Below, in pieces: positions 1 through 64,000 of a DNA stretch of 64,000 bases (the first letter of the stretch is position 1; each line of letters starts with the position of its first letter). A program made the translations under genes and the position numbers. The stretch is taken from contig CP154954.1 of the NCBI GenBank assembly GCA_039621445.1, forward strand, positions 15,271,805-15,335,804, given 5' to 3'. The notes below the pieces were generated by a model. That model worked only from the letters and a program-made list of their open reading frames with translations, did not search any database and had not been told where the DNA came from. This DNA comes from Euglena gracilis (taxonomy: Eukaryota).

Positions 1-52700
<52,700 letters not shown>

Positions 52701-52908
52701 ATGCACCCCCCACACACACAGAAAAGTGGGAAGAGGGCAGGAGGCAAGAGCAGCACGGCGCAAGGGTGTAGACCTACCCTCAGGAATCACACCAACCACC
52801 AAGGTGAGTGTATGTCCCTACAGCACTGGAATTACACCAGAGTTGCTCACCCAGCCACGCGGAGCAACACAAGAGCACTGGTGTAAGGGGTCCCTGGCCA
52901 CTCACCAC

Positions 52909-53862
52909 CAGGCTTTTTGTTTATCGACCGGGGAGGGAGGGGGTGGGTCAGTGCTACCAGGGTTTCCCACATATTCGTGCTAGGGATCCTCAATTCTGCT
53001 TCGTGATTATTCGTGATTATTCGTGATTATTCGAGATTATTCGTGCTACCCAAAAATCGCCCGGTTCCTCAATAAACCTGCCCAGAAACCCCAATGCACA
53101 CTCCTCATCTGACTTGTGTATCATCTCCAACGGCAGAAATATCAAAAACGAAGCTTTTTTGCCACCTAGATTGCACAACAATCTTGAACATGAAGTAAAG
53201 CAGACAGAAAGCGACGCCAATGAATGGCGTTGTTGCCGAAGCGTGTGGTGTTGCACTGTGCTGTCCATGGGCAGAAAGGGTCAGATCATATGTTGAACAG
53301 AGAAGCGCTGCTCAACATCGGAACATCATGACAGCGGCTTGACGCGATGTCTTCCACAAACTTTGGCTTGAAATCTTGGAACATCGCCCAACCCACTAAG
53401 GCAATCACAAAAGCCAAAAATCATAAGAGTTGGGATGGCATCTGAGCAGCACACTTCATATTTCCACCTTCCCTTTTGAGGAGGATTGCTCTTTGATTGA
53501 GGCGTCATTCTCAGAAGAAGACATTCTGCAGTGAGAACAAAAAAAAACTGATCCAGGTCGTTTGTGGAAATTTGTGATTATTCGTGATTATTCGTGATTT
53601 TGGTAAATCCCCAAGTTCGTGCTGGTCGTGATTATTCGTGATTATTCGTGGCACGAATTTGTGGGAAACCCTGGTGCTACAGGGTGCCCACCCATGGCAC
53701 ACCCCGGGGGTTGGGGGGGGCGGGCAGCCGGGGGTTCCAAGGGTCGGGTGGGTCCTTGCCAAAAGGGTAAAGAAAATGGGATCGGGGTGCCTGCCCAACC
53801 CACCCCCAACCCACCCACAACCCACCCCGTGGGCAGGCGCCCGACTAAAAAAATAAAGCCTG
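52909..53862. mobile_element. hAT-like MITE with a nested element
   Basis: CAGGCTTT...AAAGCCTG; perfect TSD CTCACCAC. Confidence 0.9.
52958..53673. mobile_element. Nested hAT deletion derivative with a possible transposase remnant
   Basis: TIR CAGGGTTTCCCACA; GTGCTAC duplicated; subterminal (TTCGTGATTA)n; minus-strand KPLS*CSDVEQRFS. Confidence 0.8.
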
Positions 53863-54689
53863 CTCACCACACAAACACAAATGGATTTTTGGCTTTAGCA
53901 GGTGCAAAAATGGGCCAAAAATTATCAAAGTTGGGTCAGATTTGGGCTGGCGGCATATTTTTGGTCAAATATCGATGTTTTCAATGATTGGCGGTTTGGG
54001 ATTATTTGCCGTTTCGATTCTTTGGTATCCGGTTTGACCCCAGCTCGGGCCCATTTCCAGCCGGGGGACCCCCATGGGGTGGGGAAGGGGTGTCAACCAG
54101 CAGCCTTTTCCAGCCAGCCAAAATTTTCCAACTTCTAAACTGGACCCCCCCCCCGGAGGGGTCGCGAAGCGACACCTTGGGAGGGGGGCAGATCTATTTT
54201 TTAACGCTTTTGATCCCCCATTTGCAGGCAAATTTAGTCATAAACCAAGCCCCAGACGTCCTGTCCAAGGAAAGAATCCAGCCAAAAACACCCACACTCT
54301 TTTTTCCTTTCAGTTCCTTCAGTCCTTTCATTTCAGTTTTCATGATCATTCAGTTAAATAAATCTGTGCTCCCTTGAGATATGTAATCAGGGCTCGGCAT
54401 CTATTTGTGGAATTTATCTATCCGTGGAAGTTACCAGCTTTTCAAAAATTATTCCTCAATTTCAAGAACCACAATATGTGAGCAGCTTAAACCTGGGAAG
54501 AATCACTCTCCAAATAAGTGTATTTGTCATCGAAATAGCCATCAGAGAGTAGTTCAGTTGAAAACCCTTGATTCCCTAAAATCTGTTATTGGTGAAACGT
54601 CGATGCCGCCACCCATTGTAAACCCCCCCCCAAATAGCACCCCCCCCCAAAGAACACCCCCCAAATAACACACACCCCCTCGGGGGCCG

Positions 54690-55430
54690 ATTTATCTCGG
54701 CAATGAAGCAAAATGAAAGGAAATGTCCGGAGAGCAAAAATGAAGCCCTTGGAATGCCCTGTCTTACCTTTTCCCCCAACTATTTGTGTTGCCCCAGTTT
54801 CATATCCGGGGCCATTTTGGGCTGTTTTCAGGGTCAAAAAAAATGACGCTTCAAAAATATATGTCTCTCGGAAATGAAGCAAAATCAAGGAAATGTGCGG
54901 AGTCCAAAATTGAGGCCCTTAAAATGCCCTTCCTCACAACTCCCCCTCTAGCCCAAATGACGGCCATTTTCGACCAATTCTGGCCATTTTGCACCGTTTT
55001 TTCCTGTTTTGACTTGGCCATTTTCGGCCATTTTTAGGTCAAAAAAGATCGAAAAAAAACGAAAAAGTTTTGCCCAAAACGATGTTTTTTGGCCTCCCGG
55101 ACCTGGAAAACCTGTTTTTGAGCCAAAAATGAGCGTTTTTCGACTCCCCGGTGTTTTTGGCCTGAAACCTGTGGATTTTGGGTCATTTTCGGGTCAAAAA
55201 GTAAAAAAAAAATTAACAAAAAAATTGCCCAAAACCATGTTTTTTGGGCATCACAGACCCGGAAAAAAGTTGTTTTCGAGCCCAAAATGAGCGTTTTCCA
55301 ACCCCCAGACACCAAATTACAGGTGCGTAACTTGTAAATCATAAATAATGCGAAATTCGCAATGCTCTCTTTTCGGCAGTCCATTGCGTGCAAATCCCAT
55401 CAAGAGCTCAGCACTATTCAAAACCTGGTC
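54690..55430 (+). mobile_element. 5'-truncated copy of the asymmetric-subTIR family
   Basis: Right end AAGAGCTCAGCACTATTCAAAACCTGGTC identical to 32390-32418; body similar to 31800-32280. Confidence 0.7.
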
Positions 55431-55654
55431 AAATAGGAACGGATGGTACATGTACTCATAAAAGAATTTGGTGCAAAACCTTGTGTGCGGTTTTTAAAAA
55501 GTATTGTTAAAATCGAGGAAAACGGGGGGGGGGGACAGCATCCAAAATAAACAAATTGCCAACTGTGTATGCTTTTCATATATTATGCACTTATTATGTG
55601 TTATTATGTATATTAAATCATATTTATCATACATTATAAATATTACATAGCACA

Positions 55655-55808
55655 TAGTATATATATATATATAGTGTGTATATGTATATATATATATATG
55701 GCAAGTGTTAAGTTTAGTACCCCACTAAGGCTTCTTGTCTGTTTATGGCCAGCGCTAACTTCGTTAAATTTAGTACCCCCTGGGGGGGTACTAAACTTAA
55801 CACTCGCC

Positions 55809-55865
<57 letters not shown>

Positions 55866-55890
55866 ATATATATATATATATGTATATATG

Positions 55891-55956
<66 letters not shown>

Positions 55957-56160
55957 GATATAGATATATATCAACATATATATACATATATGTATGTATG
56001 TATGTATGTATATATATATATATATATAGCCGTATATATATATATATATATGTACATATATATACATAGATATACATATACATACATATATATATATAAA
56101 CACACAAATATAAATACGTTATGTGTATATATACATGTATATGTATGTATATTACATAAA
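55655..56160. repeat. (TA)n microsatellite
   Basis: Direct inspection. Confidence 0.98.
55699..55809. mobile_element. Small MITE inserted in a (TA)n microsatellite
   Basis: 25-bp TIR (T/C)GGC(A/G)AGTGTTAAGTTTAGTACCCC flanked by TA. Confidence 0.8.
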
Positions 56161-59100
56161 AATGATTATTATTACATCTTTTTTGAACTTCTGAGCCATT
56201 TTCGCCTTAAAAATTATCTCCCTGAAAAAGGAAAAGGTCAAAGAATTGCTTTCTTTCATTTTTTCTTTGACAGTTTTGGTGTTCAAAAAAAAACGCGTTA
56301 GGATTCAAAATGTGGTTTGGGTGTTTCATAATGAGGATTTTCAATGAAATTTCCCTGCTTTTTCATGTATTTGGGTGTTATTCCTCAAAAAAAAAAACAC
56401 AGGTTGTTTGCCTTTTCCAAATAAAAACAAGTATGAAACATAATTCAACATCACTGCAGATTGATGCAAAAAAAAATGGTTCCGCATTCGGGACTAGGCG
56501 TGCCACTTGCCAACGGCCCTTACCCCTCGCGCAGCGGCGAGCTCCATGGCGCAACACCACATCTCCGAAAAAAAAGGCCAAAATTGGGCCTGCGCGGCAA
56601 CGCACACCCCCCCAGTCCACCCCCCCCCCCTGTCTGACTGTCAGCCAGCCGTGTTTCAAAAGAAATGTCTAGCAACCAAAACCAAAAATACTTTGGGGCC
56701 TCCACTCACGTCAAATAGGTCACTAAAAACTAAGACTAAAACCCCCTCTCAAATAACTTTGCAGTGCCCTAAAGCTTTGCGTGCCCAAATAACTTTGCAG
56801 GCGGAAGGCTGAAAAAAGATCGGTCCAAATGACTTTGAGACCCCCTTTGCAAGGGAGAAAAATCTGAAAAATGATGCATTTTTGGGGAAATTTGGATAAC
56901 ATAAGCACAAAAAAAGCATCTGAAATGCCATAGTATTTCAGTATTTGATGAACAGAAGCATTAAAATTTTGTTACAAATATAAATGAACAGCATACGAGA
57001 GCCATGAAACGTGATCAATCGGTCGATCAATGGTTTTGGGTGCTGCCCAAATAACTTTGCAGGAGGTCAGGGACAAAACGATCGGCCCACTAACTTTGCA
57101 GGGGGGCAAAATCATTTGGGGGGGTAAATGATCCAGTTGGGACCAAAAAGACCCCCAACGATCCAGTTGAAATGATCCAATTAACCGGGCAGTCCAGGAC
57201 CCCCCCAAAAAACCTCGAAACACTCAAAACAAAAACTAATTTGATGTTTTAGAATCAAGTTGTCAAACAAATGACATGTTCCAAACCAACTATCCAGATC
57301 GGTGCCCGAGCCCCCCCCCCTTGAACTGGTTCATCCAGGTCGAAACGATCCAGACCCCCCTGCCTGGTTACCCTGGGGCTGGTACAGCCCAGGTTCAATT
57401 CTTTACTTTTTGTGTTTTTTTTTTCATTTTTGTGTGTCATTTTTGTCCCGTTTTTTTTTTTTCATCGTTTTTTCCTGATATTTCATTTTTTTACACCTAT
57501 CGTCTGACATGTTTGCCGACGGATGGCAAATACATTTACCAGCTCAAAAAAAAGGTCCAAAGGTCTCAAAAATTTTGGCGCCACGCCCCGAAGATGTTTT
57601 CACTTGTTCCGAAAAAATATGTGCACTCCGTCGTTTTATTTTTGCACAACGAAAAAAAAAGTTGCACTGGACAATGCCAAAAACATCCACGTCAATTGAA
57701 GTTTCAAATGGCAAATATGCAAAACACCCGATGCAAATGCAAAAATTTTCGGAGCGGAGGCAAATATTGTTGGGAGAAAATGCAAACATTTTTGAGATAA
57801 AGCGCAAACAAATTGGTGGCATGTGCAAACATTTTTGAGATAAAGTGCAAAAAAAATTCACCGAAAGTGATAAAATATGCGGTGTGAAGTGCAAAAAAAT
57901 ATTATTTTTATTATCATCATTATCATATTTATTATCGGTCATTAGGTGAGATTTGTTATTCTTCATTTTCACTCATTTTATAATTTATTACTGCCCCCCA
58001 TAAATGACACCCCCGACACCTTGAAAATCCCCCCAAGGGGTGTCATTTATGTTGGGGGTCCAAAATCCTTGGGTGGTTCACCGGCGGCTGGAAAAAAAAA
58101 TTCCGATTCCGGACGGGGTAGTGCCCCTTATGGGGGGGGGGGGTGAATTTGTGGGGTGGGGTGCTTTTCATTTTTTGGCTTTTGTGTTTCTTTTTTTCCA
58201 CTGAAAGTTGAACAAATACTTTTATGACCCTCCATATTGTTCTTTTCCCATTACCACCGAAGACCAATGCTTTAGGGGCTCATTTAGGAGGACACATGTG
58301 GGCACCTCTGGATTGCTTCGGTGAAGGTGAACGGGATTGGGATGATGGTGGAGAAAATTGGACAATTTGTCCCGTTGGCTTGGGGACGGCTCTGTGGACT
58401 GCAGGGAGAACAACTGGGCAGGCTCACAAACGACAAACATTGGCTGACCCTTGCCCCGCCCCCCAAATTGGCTAATTGGCCTCCAGGACAAGGTCACGAA
58501 AAGGGCTCGGAAACCCTGCAAAAATGTCCATTTCAAAATTTTAACTTGCCGGACAAGAAAAGGTTATGACCAACACAACTGTGCACAAAAAAATCGACCA
58601 ATTTTGCACAGGAAAATAAATTAGGGGTGTGTTCCCAAGCCCCCCCCCTCAATTGGCTGCTTGTGCCCCCCCCCCCAATCGTTGTCATGGCGTCCTTTGT
58701 GATGTGTGGCACGCATTTTTGTTGTAAGGTTTCAATTCTTTGAAATTTGCATATGATTTGGGTTAAAATAGGGGGCGGCTGTATGGGGGAGGAAAACACT
58801 TCTCATTTTGCACAATTATTCCGAAATGTGGCGGGAGATGTGGACGTGGACTATTTTCCCTATGACCTCCCCATTCCATGCAATACCCCTCACGCCGGGG
58901 TGCGCGCCCTCCCCCCCGCCCCCCCCCCCCCCCCCCCCCTCCCCCCTTGGGGGCTTCGGGTTCACGCCTGAACCGGCATCTCAGACGCCAGTTCGGGCGT
59001 GAACCCGGCGTCTGGGGGACCCAAAAGAAAAAAATGCCAAAAGTGTCCAAAAGGGTTTGTAGATATGTGGTTGTCATATTTGAGTAGTTTTTGGGGGTCT

Positions 59101-59743
59101 TTGGCCAGAAATTGGGGTTTTTTGTGCAATAATTTCTTTTTGGCCAATTTTGGGGAATTTCTGAAATAGAATGCCATGCAGCACGGCTGAAATCTAAGGC
59201 CATCTGCTGAAAATTTCGATCGATGGGCAACATGGCAGCTTAAAAGTCGAAAGCTCTTGAGAAGAGCTTTCGATTGACGGGCAACATGGCATCAGAAGTG
59301 TGGAAACTACCAACTTTGACCGGCGGCCAATTTGGACCCAAAGTCGTCCAAAACTGCCCAAAACATGGGTATTTGGGCGACATTGGCCGTGATTCCTCAG
59401 ACGCCGGTTCGGGCGTGAACCCGGAGCCCCCTAGAAACGGGGGGTCAGGACCCCCCCCCCCTGCTTGGTCTCCATACCGGCATACGGTGGTGCAACAGGC
59501 CTCGGTGGCGATGGATTCTTCCAGCATCGGCCATAGTGCCGCCTGACATTGGCGGAGAAGAAACGAGGCGGGTGGCACGCACTGAAACAATTTGAAACAA
59601 ACAAACAATCTATCAGAAAAAGGTGGGGTCGCCGGTTCTGTCATAAACCGGGCGTCTGGGACAGGTTTACAACAGAACTAGTCCCCCACCTCTTTTTGAA
59701 CGCAGCGTTTTTGACCAACCTTCAATCAAACCCCCCCACTCTA

Positions 59744-59984
59744 CAGGGCAGTACGGGAAGGCCTGGTGGGGGAAGGTCGAACCCCCCACCCATCACAACA
59801 TTTTCACAAATGTTTTTTTAACAATCCACCCGGCGCCAAAGGTGCCGGGGAAAAAGTTTGGAGTCAAAAATTGGTGCTCCCGGAAATATGGGAGGAGGTG
59901 GGGGGGGATGGTCGACCCCCCCACCCAACCACCATGCAGGGGGTGGGGGGTGGTCGCCCCCCCACCCACACCCGTACTGCCCTG
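59744..59984. mobile_element. MITE, CAGGGCAG family
   Basis: Perfect 14-bp TIR CAGGGCAGTACGGG; TSD not clear. Related ends CCCGTTCTGCCCTG at about 980, 1765, 38680 and 45185. Confidence 0.75.
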
Positions 59985-62279
59985 CCCCCTAAGATGTGGA
60001 GCATTTTTAGAACTTTAAGACCAGTGTGTCCTCAACGCCCCCCCCCCCAAAGTGGCCACCCTCCAGGCACTGTGGGCAGGGATGGGGAACCCGATTTTTC
60101 TCGTTTTTGGCGGAAAAAGAAAATTCGCAAAAAAATGGAAATTTCGCAAAAAAAGGAGAAGCGTAAAAAGGAGGTGTTTCCGGTTTATTTTGTCCAGGCT
60201 GGATGGCTGACATGGCTGAAGTCTTAGGCAGTGTAAACTTCCATCATGGGTTTTGATACTTTTTCCCGTGGTGCATACTTTGAAAAAATTTGGCTGTGTT
60301 GAAACCTGGGCCCTCCTTCGAAACACATGGTTTTGGGCACTCAAAAATACTCGTACAAAAATTTTCGACTTTTCAGCCCGGAAATGCACAGCTCAGTGGA
60401 GGGGTATGGGGGAGCGGGGAGGGGGGGGGGGGACCGGGGGGTGTGGGTAGGTGGTAGGGGGGGGGGGACAAAATGCAAATGCGTGCACCAAATTTTGCAA
60501 TTGCTCAATCCCCCAAAAAAATGCATGGGTTTCAGATATATGTTGCAAAAACTGCAGCCCTTACTGGTCAAGTGTGGAGGGGTGTGGGGGGTGAGGTGGC
60601 TGATTTTTTGAAGTTTTTTTCAATGGTTTTTCAAACGAGGTACCAATTTGGGAGCCGCCATAAATCATTATTTTTCCTTTTGGAATTAGCCAGTTTTTGA
60701 TTTTGTGATTTCATTTTTGCTCAAATTTTGAAAAAAAAAATTCCGGTGGCTGTATATGGGGGATGTGGGGGGGGGGTGTCGGCTCCAGTTTTTGCAATAC
60801 CATAACCCCCCCCCCTAAATGAGCCCCCCTTTGTCGGTTCTGGACCCTGCTTTTGCCGTTTTCACGGCCACCAATGAGGTTCCGGTGGCCTACGGCCACC
60901 GCGCGGGGGGGGGGGGGGGGCTGCCCCACCAACAGCAGCAACCCTGCCCCCTTCCATCATTGCCAACCCCCCACCCCCCCCCCATCCCCACACCCCAAAA
61001 CACACAGTTTTACGCTTGAAAAACCGTTGGAAAAAAGTTTAAAACCCGTAACTCGGGCTAGACAAGGAGTTGGGACCCAAACCAGGGGGTCAATCATGAG
61101 GATTGGGGGGGGGGGGTTTGACCGTTTTTTGAGGTTCCCGGAGCCTGGTTGTGCATTTTTGCTCCACTTTTGGGTAATCAGGGACCTATGCGGGGGTCCG
61201 AGGGCGGCTGTGCGCGCGGGTGGTCGGGAGGCAGGTCGGGACCCAAAATTTCGAAAAAAAAATTCACTCAAAAACACTCTTTTTTTCACTTTAGAACGTG
61301 AAAAAAAGTGTTTTTGAGCAAAAAAAAAAATCAGACACCCCTTCCCATGCCCCCCCCCCCTGGCTGGGGCCCCAGCCGGTGGACTTAGCCATTTTTGGGA
61401 TGTTTTTTTGGCTTCCCGCCACTGCAAACAGTGTTTTTGACCTGAAAAGGTGCGATTTTCGACCGCTTGGCCCCATGTTTTGGGCTGCTAACCCAATGGA
61501 CCCTAGGTCAAATTTGTGTTAAAAGCCCCAGCCCCCTATTTCGGGCCCCAAACCGATGAATTTGGTCTCAGTTTTTTCGGTCGAAAAAATTGTTCGGTGA
61601 AAAAACCATGTTTCTTCACCACTGCAACAGTCTCCACTTCCTAATTAGGGGGGGAGGTCTGTTGATTGGGGGCGTACTGTGAAATAGGGGAGTAATGTCA
61701 ATTAGGAGGGGGTGTATTTCCAATTAAGATGTGTATTTTTTGGGATCCCTTGAAGACGGGCTAATTCATGGGCTGTGTATTAGCACCAAGCTTTGGCTCC
61801 AACTCATCGTCCGGCCTGAGATCTGGCCCAACCCCCCCCCCCCCAAGTTGCCAATCTGCCTTTCCCAAGGGGCCCGTTTTGGGTCAAAACAGTCCCCAAA
61901 AAATTGAAAAATTTTGGCCGCTTTAACCATTTGCGTAGTTAACTTTTTTTATTGAGGATGTAGGGTGATGTATTTTGAGTTGAGAAGGTCTATGCATTTT
62001 GTTAACCGCTTTGAGCACTGCTTGCAAGGCGTGTAAAGACATTGAATGGTTTAATGCTCTTTTCTCTTCTCTGTGCAGGATTTTGCTTTTTTTTTGCTTT
62101 CTTTGATGCATTCAATGAAGCCTGGAGAAGAAAAAGTGATTTCATCGCCAACTTTGCGGCATGGTATCATTGTTTTTATTGCTTTGGGTTTTTTTTTGTT
62201 TGCATTGATGAAAGTGTTTAAGCAACATGTGGAAACGCTTGTTTCCAACCTGTCAACGTTGGCAAAAGATAGATCTCCG

Positions 62280-63900
62280 CTGGACGCTTTTGAATGTTGG
62301 GGGGATATTGAAATGGGACGTGCCATGCAAAAAAGTTCTTTGGGCTCTTGGGATGCAACCAACGAAACAAGCAGGGAATTTGTTCGTAGTGTCAATGGTG
62401 GTGTGCCAAAATGTGACAGTTTATGGCAAGAAGGCATTACATTCGGCCTTGGTGGAAAAAACGTTCGCATCGAATCAGCATTTGCTGAGGCACATGTGTG
62501 ACCAACATTCCGCGGACACTTCCAATGTTCACAGTCCTAAATTATTCACCTGCAGCAAATGCAATGATCATTTTGGTGATCGAGGTAATTTTAAACGCCA
62601 TTTTGAAAGGTGTAACTCTTCTGTCCCAAGGACGCCGTCACGCGTGTGCCCTTATTGCAAGCAAGAGTTTTCAAGAGGGCAAAACATGCGGAGCCAATTT
62701 CCAGGTTGTGTTAAGGCACCAACTCGTAGTTTGTCCCAAAGGCGCGTGTTCTATGAGGAGAGTGTGGACACAGGCATCTATGGGGTTGAGGGTATGGTGC
62801 ATGCCGCCGAAGGTGCCGTGGGAGGAATGGAGGGGGTGCAATGGGGTGCAGGGTATGGTGCATGGTGCTGCAGGAGGAATGCAAGGCGCAGAACATGGTG
62901 CACATGGCGTGGTGCAGTGGGGTGGAGGGTATGGTACATGCCATTGAAGGTGCCGAGCACGGTGCACAAAGTGCAGCATTGTGTGGGAACAGTTACGTGC
63001 TTCATCACGAATAAATTATCCACTATTGAAATTGGGTGATGAACAATTGGCACAATAGCTGAGTGTCGAGCCCCCGAACGAAACGGAATTTTGATCGTTG
63101 GGTGGATGGAAATAATTAGCGGCGTCATACGGAAATGGTGGGATTCAACTGGGTGGGGTATGTGGGATGAAGTTTTGCAACAACTGGAGAATGAAGAACT
63201 GACGCCAGAAAATAGTACTGCCGTGGCTGCCATTTGGGCTCCCACCTCAATCTTTCGATCCATGGCATTAACAACACGTTTCAAAAGGACGGCTAATCTT
63301 CCTTCGCTTGCATTTTGTGTCCGAGCCGTTCCTCAACTTCACCCAGGACATGACGCAAGACTGATAAAACCCCACCCAATTTCAGAGGGTTCTTTGTACA
63401 ATATCCCACGACATAATTTGCCAATGCCAGCACCCCCACCTCCCCTCCTAGAGTTTGCGCATTTGAGGTATAAGGTAGGACAAAAGATACAAGTTTGCCG
63501 CGTCGTCGATTTGTGTGGTCTCTTTGTTTCCCACACCACCAAGTGGCTATCTACTGTGGGATCCTGTGTTATATTTGCCATATGTTCCAAAGGAATCTCC
63601 TGTAAATCATGTCCACCGGTTTCCATTTTACACGCAACAAAAAGGGGGGGCCTTGTTTCAGCTAAGTGGGACCCACACGCACGCGGCAGTTGCGAACAAT
63701 GGATTAATGTGCTTCAGCACGACAAGCCATTTTATGCATGGTGTCCCTGAAGCCGGAGATGTGCATGTTTGCAAACATTGCCAGAAATCTCTAATTGGGC
63801 CAAGCCCAATTCGACCACCACGATCTGTTGCCAGGGAAAACCTTTTGGCATAAGGTCAGGGTTGCCTGAATTGACAGCGCCGGAGGAACGCCTCATTGCC
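62280..63900 (+). pseudogene. Decayed zinc-finger / probable TE-encoded ORF
   Basis: KTFASNQHLLRHMCDQH; FTCSKCNDHFGDRGNFKRHFERC; VCPYCKQEFSRGQNMRSQF; later CKHC. Frameshifted, intronless, lower GC3 than host exons. Confidence 0.55.
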
Positions 63901-64000
63901 CCTGTCAGGACCTGCATCACAATAGTGAAACTGGTGGCCATAGGGGGTGGTCATGGCGTGGGCTGGGGCATCAAGGGAAACACAATCTCTTTTCCCCATG

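Noticed and set aside
55643-56301. YI-repeat ORFs
   Set aside because: (TA)n microsatellite
59465-59582. GC-rich exon-like block after tttcag, possible first exon
   Set aside because: All three frames are open with no recognisable motif, so it cannot be assigned to the gene

Overview
Eukaryotic nuclear DNA, most likely a euglenid (Euglena-like). Most of the window (about 52.7 kb down to past the left edge) is one very large, intron-riddled minus-strand gene. Its hand-assembled exons give an unusual architecture: GRAM/PH-like segment, C2, MCTP-type membrane (PRT_C) region, second C2, several TM helices, a class III adenylyl cyclase with all catalytic residues intact, then a long C-terminal tail. 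Introns are a mix of GT-AG and euglenid non-conventional introns (no AG; CAG at +4 pairs with CTG at -8..-6). The introns are packed with nested non-autonomous transposons. Main result: nine CAG...CTG TIR elements carry 8-bp target-site duplications (hAT-like MITEs), plus one with a 7-bp duplication. At least one is itself a non-conventional intron, and its boundaries remove the element plus 3+5 nt, exactly one 8-bp TSD. This gives a direct mechanism for the +4/-6 intron geometry. A second family has asymmetric sub-terminal inverted repeats, GGTC direct repeats and head-to-tail junctions (Replitron/Helitron2-like). There is also a telomere-repeat-bearing foldback element, and a decayed zinc-finger/TE ORF at the right end. 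Exon boundaries were read by eye, and those marked approximate need RNA-seq.
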